A stretch of DNA of 64,000 bases from a virus: the IMG/VR virus record IMGVR_UViG_3300042934_000822, positions 16,909-80,908 of that record; one strand, given 5' to 3'. A program made the translations under genes and the position numbers. This document shows, piece by piece, positions 62,849 through 64,000 of the stretch; position 1 is the stretch's first letter, and each line of letters starts with the position of its first letter. Under the pieces are notes generated by a model. The model was not told the DNA's origin. It was given only the letters and a program-made list of their open reading frames with translations, and searched no databases.

Positions 62849-63196
62849 GCTTTACAACACCCGCCGGCCTTGCTTGCAGAATGGCCACTGCTCCACGGTG
62901 CGTGGGGCCCCGCGAGGTACGATGACTTGGGCGGAAAGGCTGACCACGCTCGGCCTGGGCTTGGGCGGCGTCGCCGGCGGCGATGATCCGCTGAAACTGT
63001 TCCTCGCTCATCAGCATGCGTCACCCCCGAACAGGATCCGCCGGCCAAGGTGCCAGGACTCGCCCAACTCATGCACCAGGTACATGCTGCTGGTTGGGTC
63101 GTGGAGTGGGTGGTGTGTGCGCGCGTCAATCATGGGGCTTGCTTCCTGCTCGAGCTACTGGAACGCCTGGGCAAGGGCCAGGCATTCGTAGTATAA

Positions 63197-63252
63197 GCAC
63201 TAACGCGCGTTCGCGCTATCGCGCGTTAGTGCTTTGGCGCTTTCGCGCTATT
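63197..63252. repeat. 8-bp-phased GCGC-box array overlapping a promoter
   Basis: gcactaac-gcgcgttc-gcgctatc-gcgcgtta-gtgctttg-gcgctttc-gcgctatt; -10 TATACT on the minus strand at 63190-63195. Confidence 0.7.
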
Positions 63253-63778
63253 GCACCCGTGCGAATTCGATCTCTTCGATGTGCCCGACCAGGTCAGGAA
63301 CAGCGGCCGCCAGCAACAGCAGTGCACCCACCTTGCGTGGGTGGCCACCGCACACTACACCCGTGACGTCCTGCACCTCGTTCGCCAGCTCCTTAATGTG
63401 ACTCAAAGGCTCTTGTCCGTAGGTGCGAAGTGGCGTGTCAGGATCGAAGTTGAGCCGGCTTCGCGCCAGCTCAGTCTGCAGGTCCTGGATGTAGCGCTCG
63501 AGCGTCGAGCCCAAGGCGCCACCTACCGAAACCTTGGCCCACTCTTGGTCGATCGACAGATCGCCGATGCTGAGGACGCTTTCCCGAAGGGCCTCAAGCT
63601 CCTCGATCGCTGGCAGTGCCTCACGCTGCAGCGCCATGGATAGCTGGCGCATGGTCATGCCTGGGTCGCCCGGCACTTTCGCGCGTGGATGATCCAGCAG
63701 CGCGTCGACAGCCAGGCGTACCAATTGGGCCAGGCGGCTCTCCTCCTCAGGCGCGGGGGGTGTGGTCTGGTTATCCAT
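63248..63778 (-). CDS. Hypothetical protein
   Basis: GGAG RBS; 176 aa; helical. Confidence 0.6.
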   Translation of the reverse strand: MDNQTTPPAPEEESRLAQLVRLAVDALLDHPRAKVPGDPGMTMRQLSMALQREALPAIEELEALRESVLSIGDLSIDQEWAKVSVGGALGSTLERYIQDLQTELARSRLNFDPDTPLRTYGQEPLSHIKELANEVQDVTGVVCGGHPRKVGALLLLAAAVPDLVGHIEEIEFARVQ

Positions 63779-63841
63779 GGTGGTTCTCCGACTGTTCCGA
63801 GTCTTGATGTTGTTTCAGGTGGCGACCGCGTGCGTTACGAG

Positions 63842-64000
63842 TCATGGAGCACCCCAGGGAATCAAGGGCGTGACGTAGGCCAGCATCTGCACATGCTTAG
63901 GTTGCTGGCAGGCAGTAAGCCCGAAGTGCTTGACGGGCTTGCCGCTGGCCAGCAGTTGCGCCAGGACAGTGTCGAGCATGTGACGCATGTGCTTTGGGAT
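63842..64000 (-). CDS. Hypothetical protein, 3' end only
   Basis: Open frame ...IPKHMRHMLDTVLAQ...LIPWGAP* entering from the window edge. Confidence 0.4.
   Translation of the reverse strand: MPKHMRHMLDTVLAQLLASGKPVKHFGLTACQQPKHVQMLAYVTPLIPWGAP

Larger units (their letters stand above)
1..64000. mobile_element. P1-like phage-plasmid (contractile-tailed temperate phage with plasmid replicon); both ends lie outside the window
   Basis: Portal, protease, capsid, sheath, baseplate, fibre and terminase genes occur together with an iteron origin plus Rep, a ParA partition locus, a TA module and DarA/Hdf/DdrB-like genes. No host housekeeping genes and no integrase are seen. Confidence 0.88.

Noticed and set aside
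62820-63133. Small ORFs upstream of higB (63011-63133, 62820-63017)
   Set aside because: Plausible but short, in competing frames and without recognisable motifs; not listed as features.

Overview
The whole window looks like about 64 kb of a P1-like phage-plasmid (myovirus). High GC and a rulAB-type umuDC suggest a Pseudomonas-like host (inference). Almost all genes are on the minus strand. It carries head genes (portal, prohead protease, major capsid), contractile tail genes (sheath, baseplate, spike, PAAR, a 2195-aa repeat tail fibre, a tape-measure-like protein with a GH19 domain), large and small terminase, an iteron replicon with an RPA-family initiator, a type Ib parA/parG-like locus, higBA, a LexA-controlled umuDC, and Dar/polyvalent capsid-cargo proteins (Hdf-like; InPase-DarA-DdrB fusion; LPD1; LPD3-MTase). 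The most notable observations are: (1) two separate, apparently inactivated paralogs of the terminase large subunit, one ATPase half and one nuclease half, which may be anti-Avs decoys or packaging modulators; (2) an M-[LM]-D-[SA] motif strongly enriched in head-internal proteins, a candidate Asp-specific maturation site; (3) an eight-copy late-promoter architecture, CG[CG]AAA-N30-[TC]AnnnT, often paired with RBS-sequestering hairpins; (4) a shared N-terminal peptide on two cargo proteins, a candidate capsid-targeting signal; (5) dispersed 8-bp-phased GCGC arrays and a 17-bp asymmetric operator. All family assignments come from motif recognition by eye, with no database searches.
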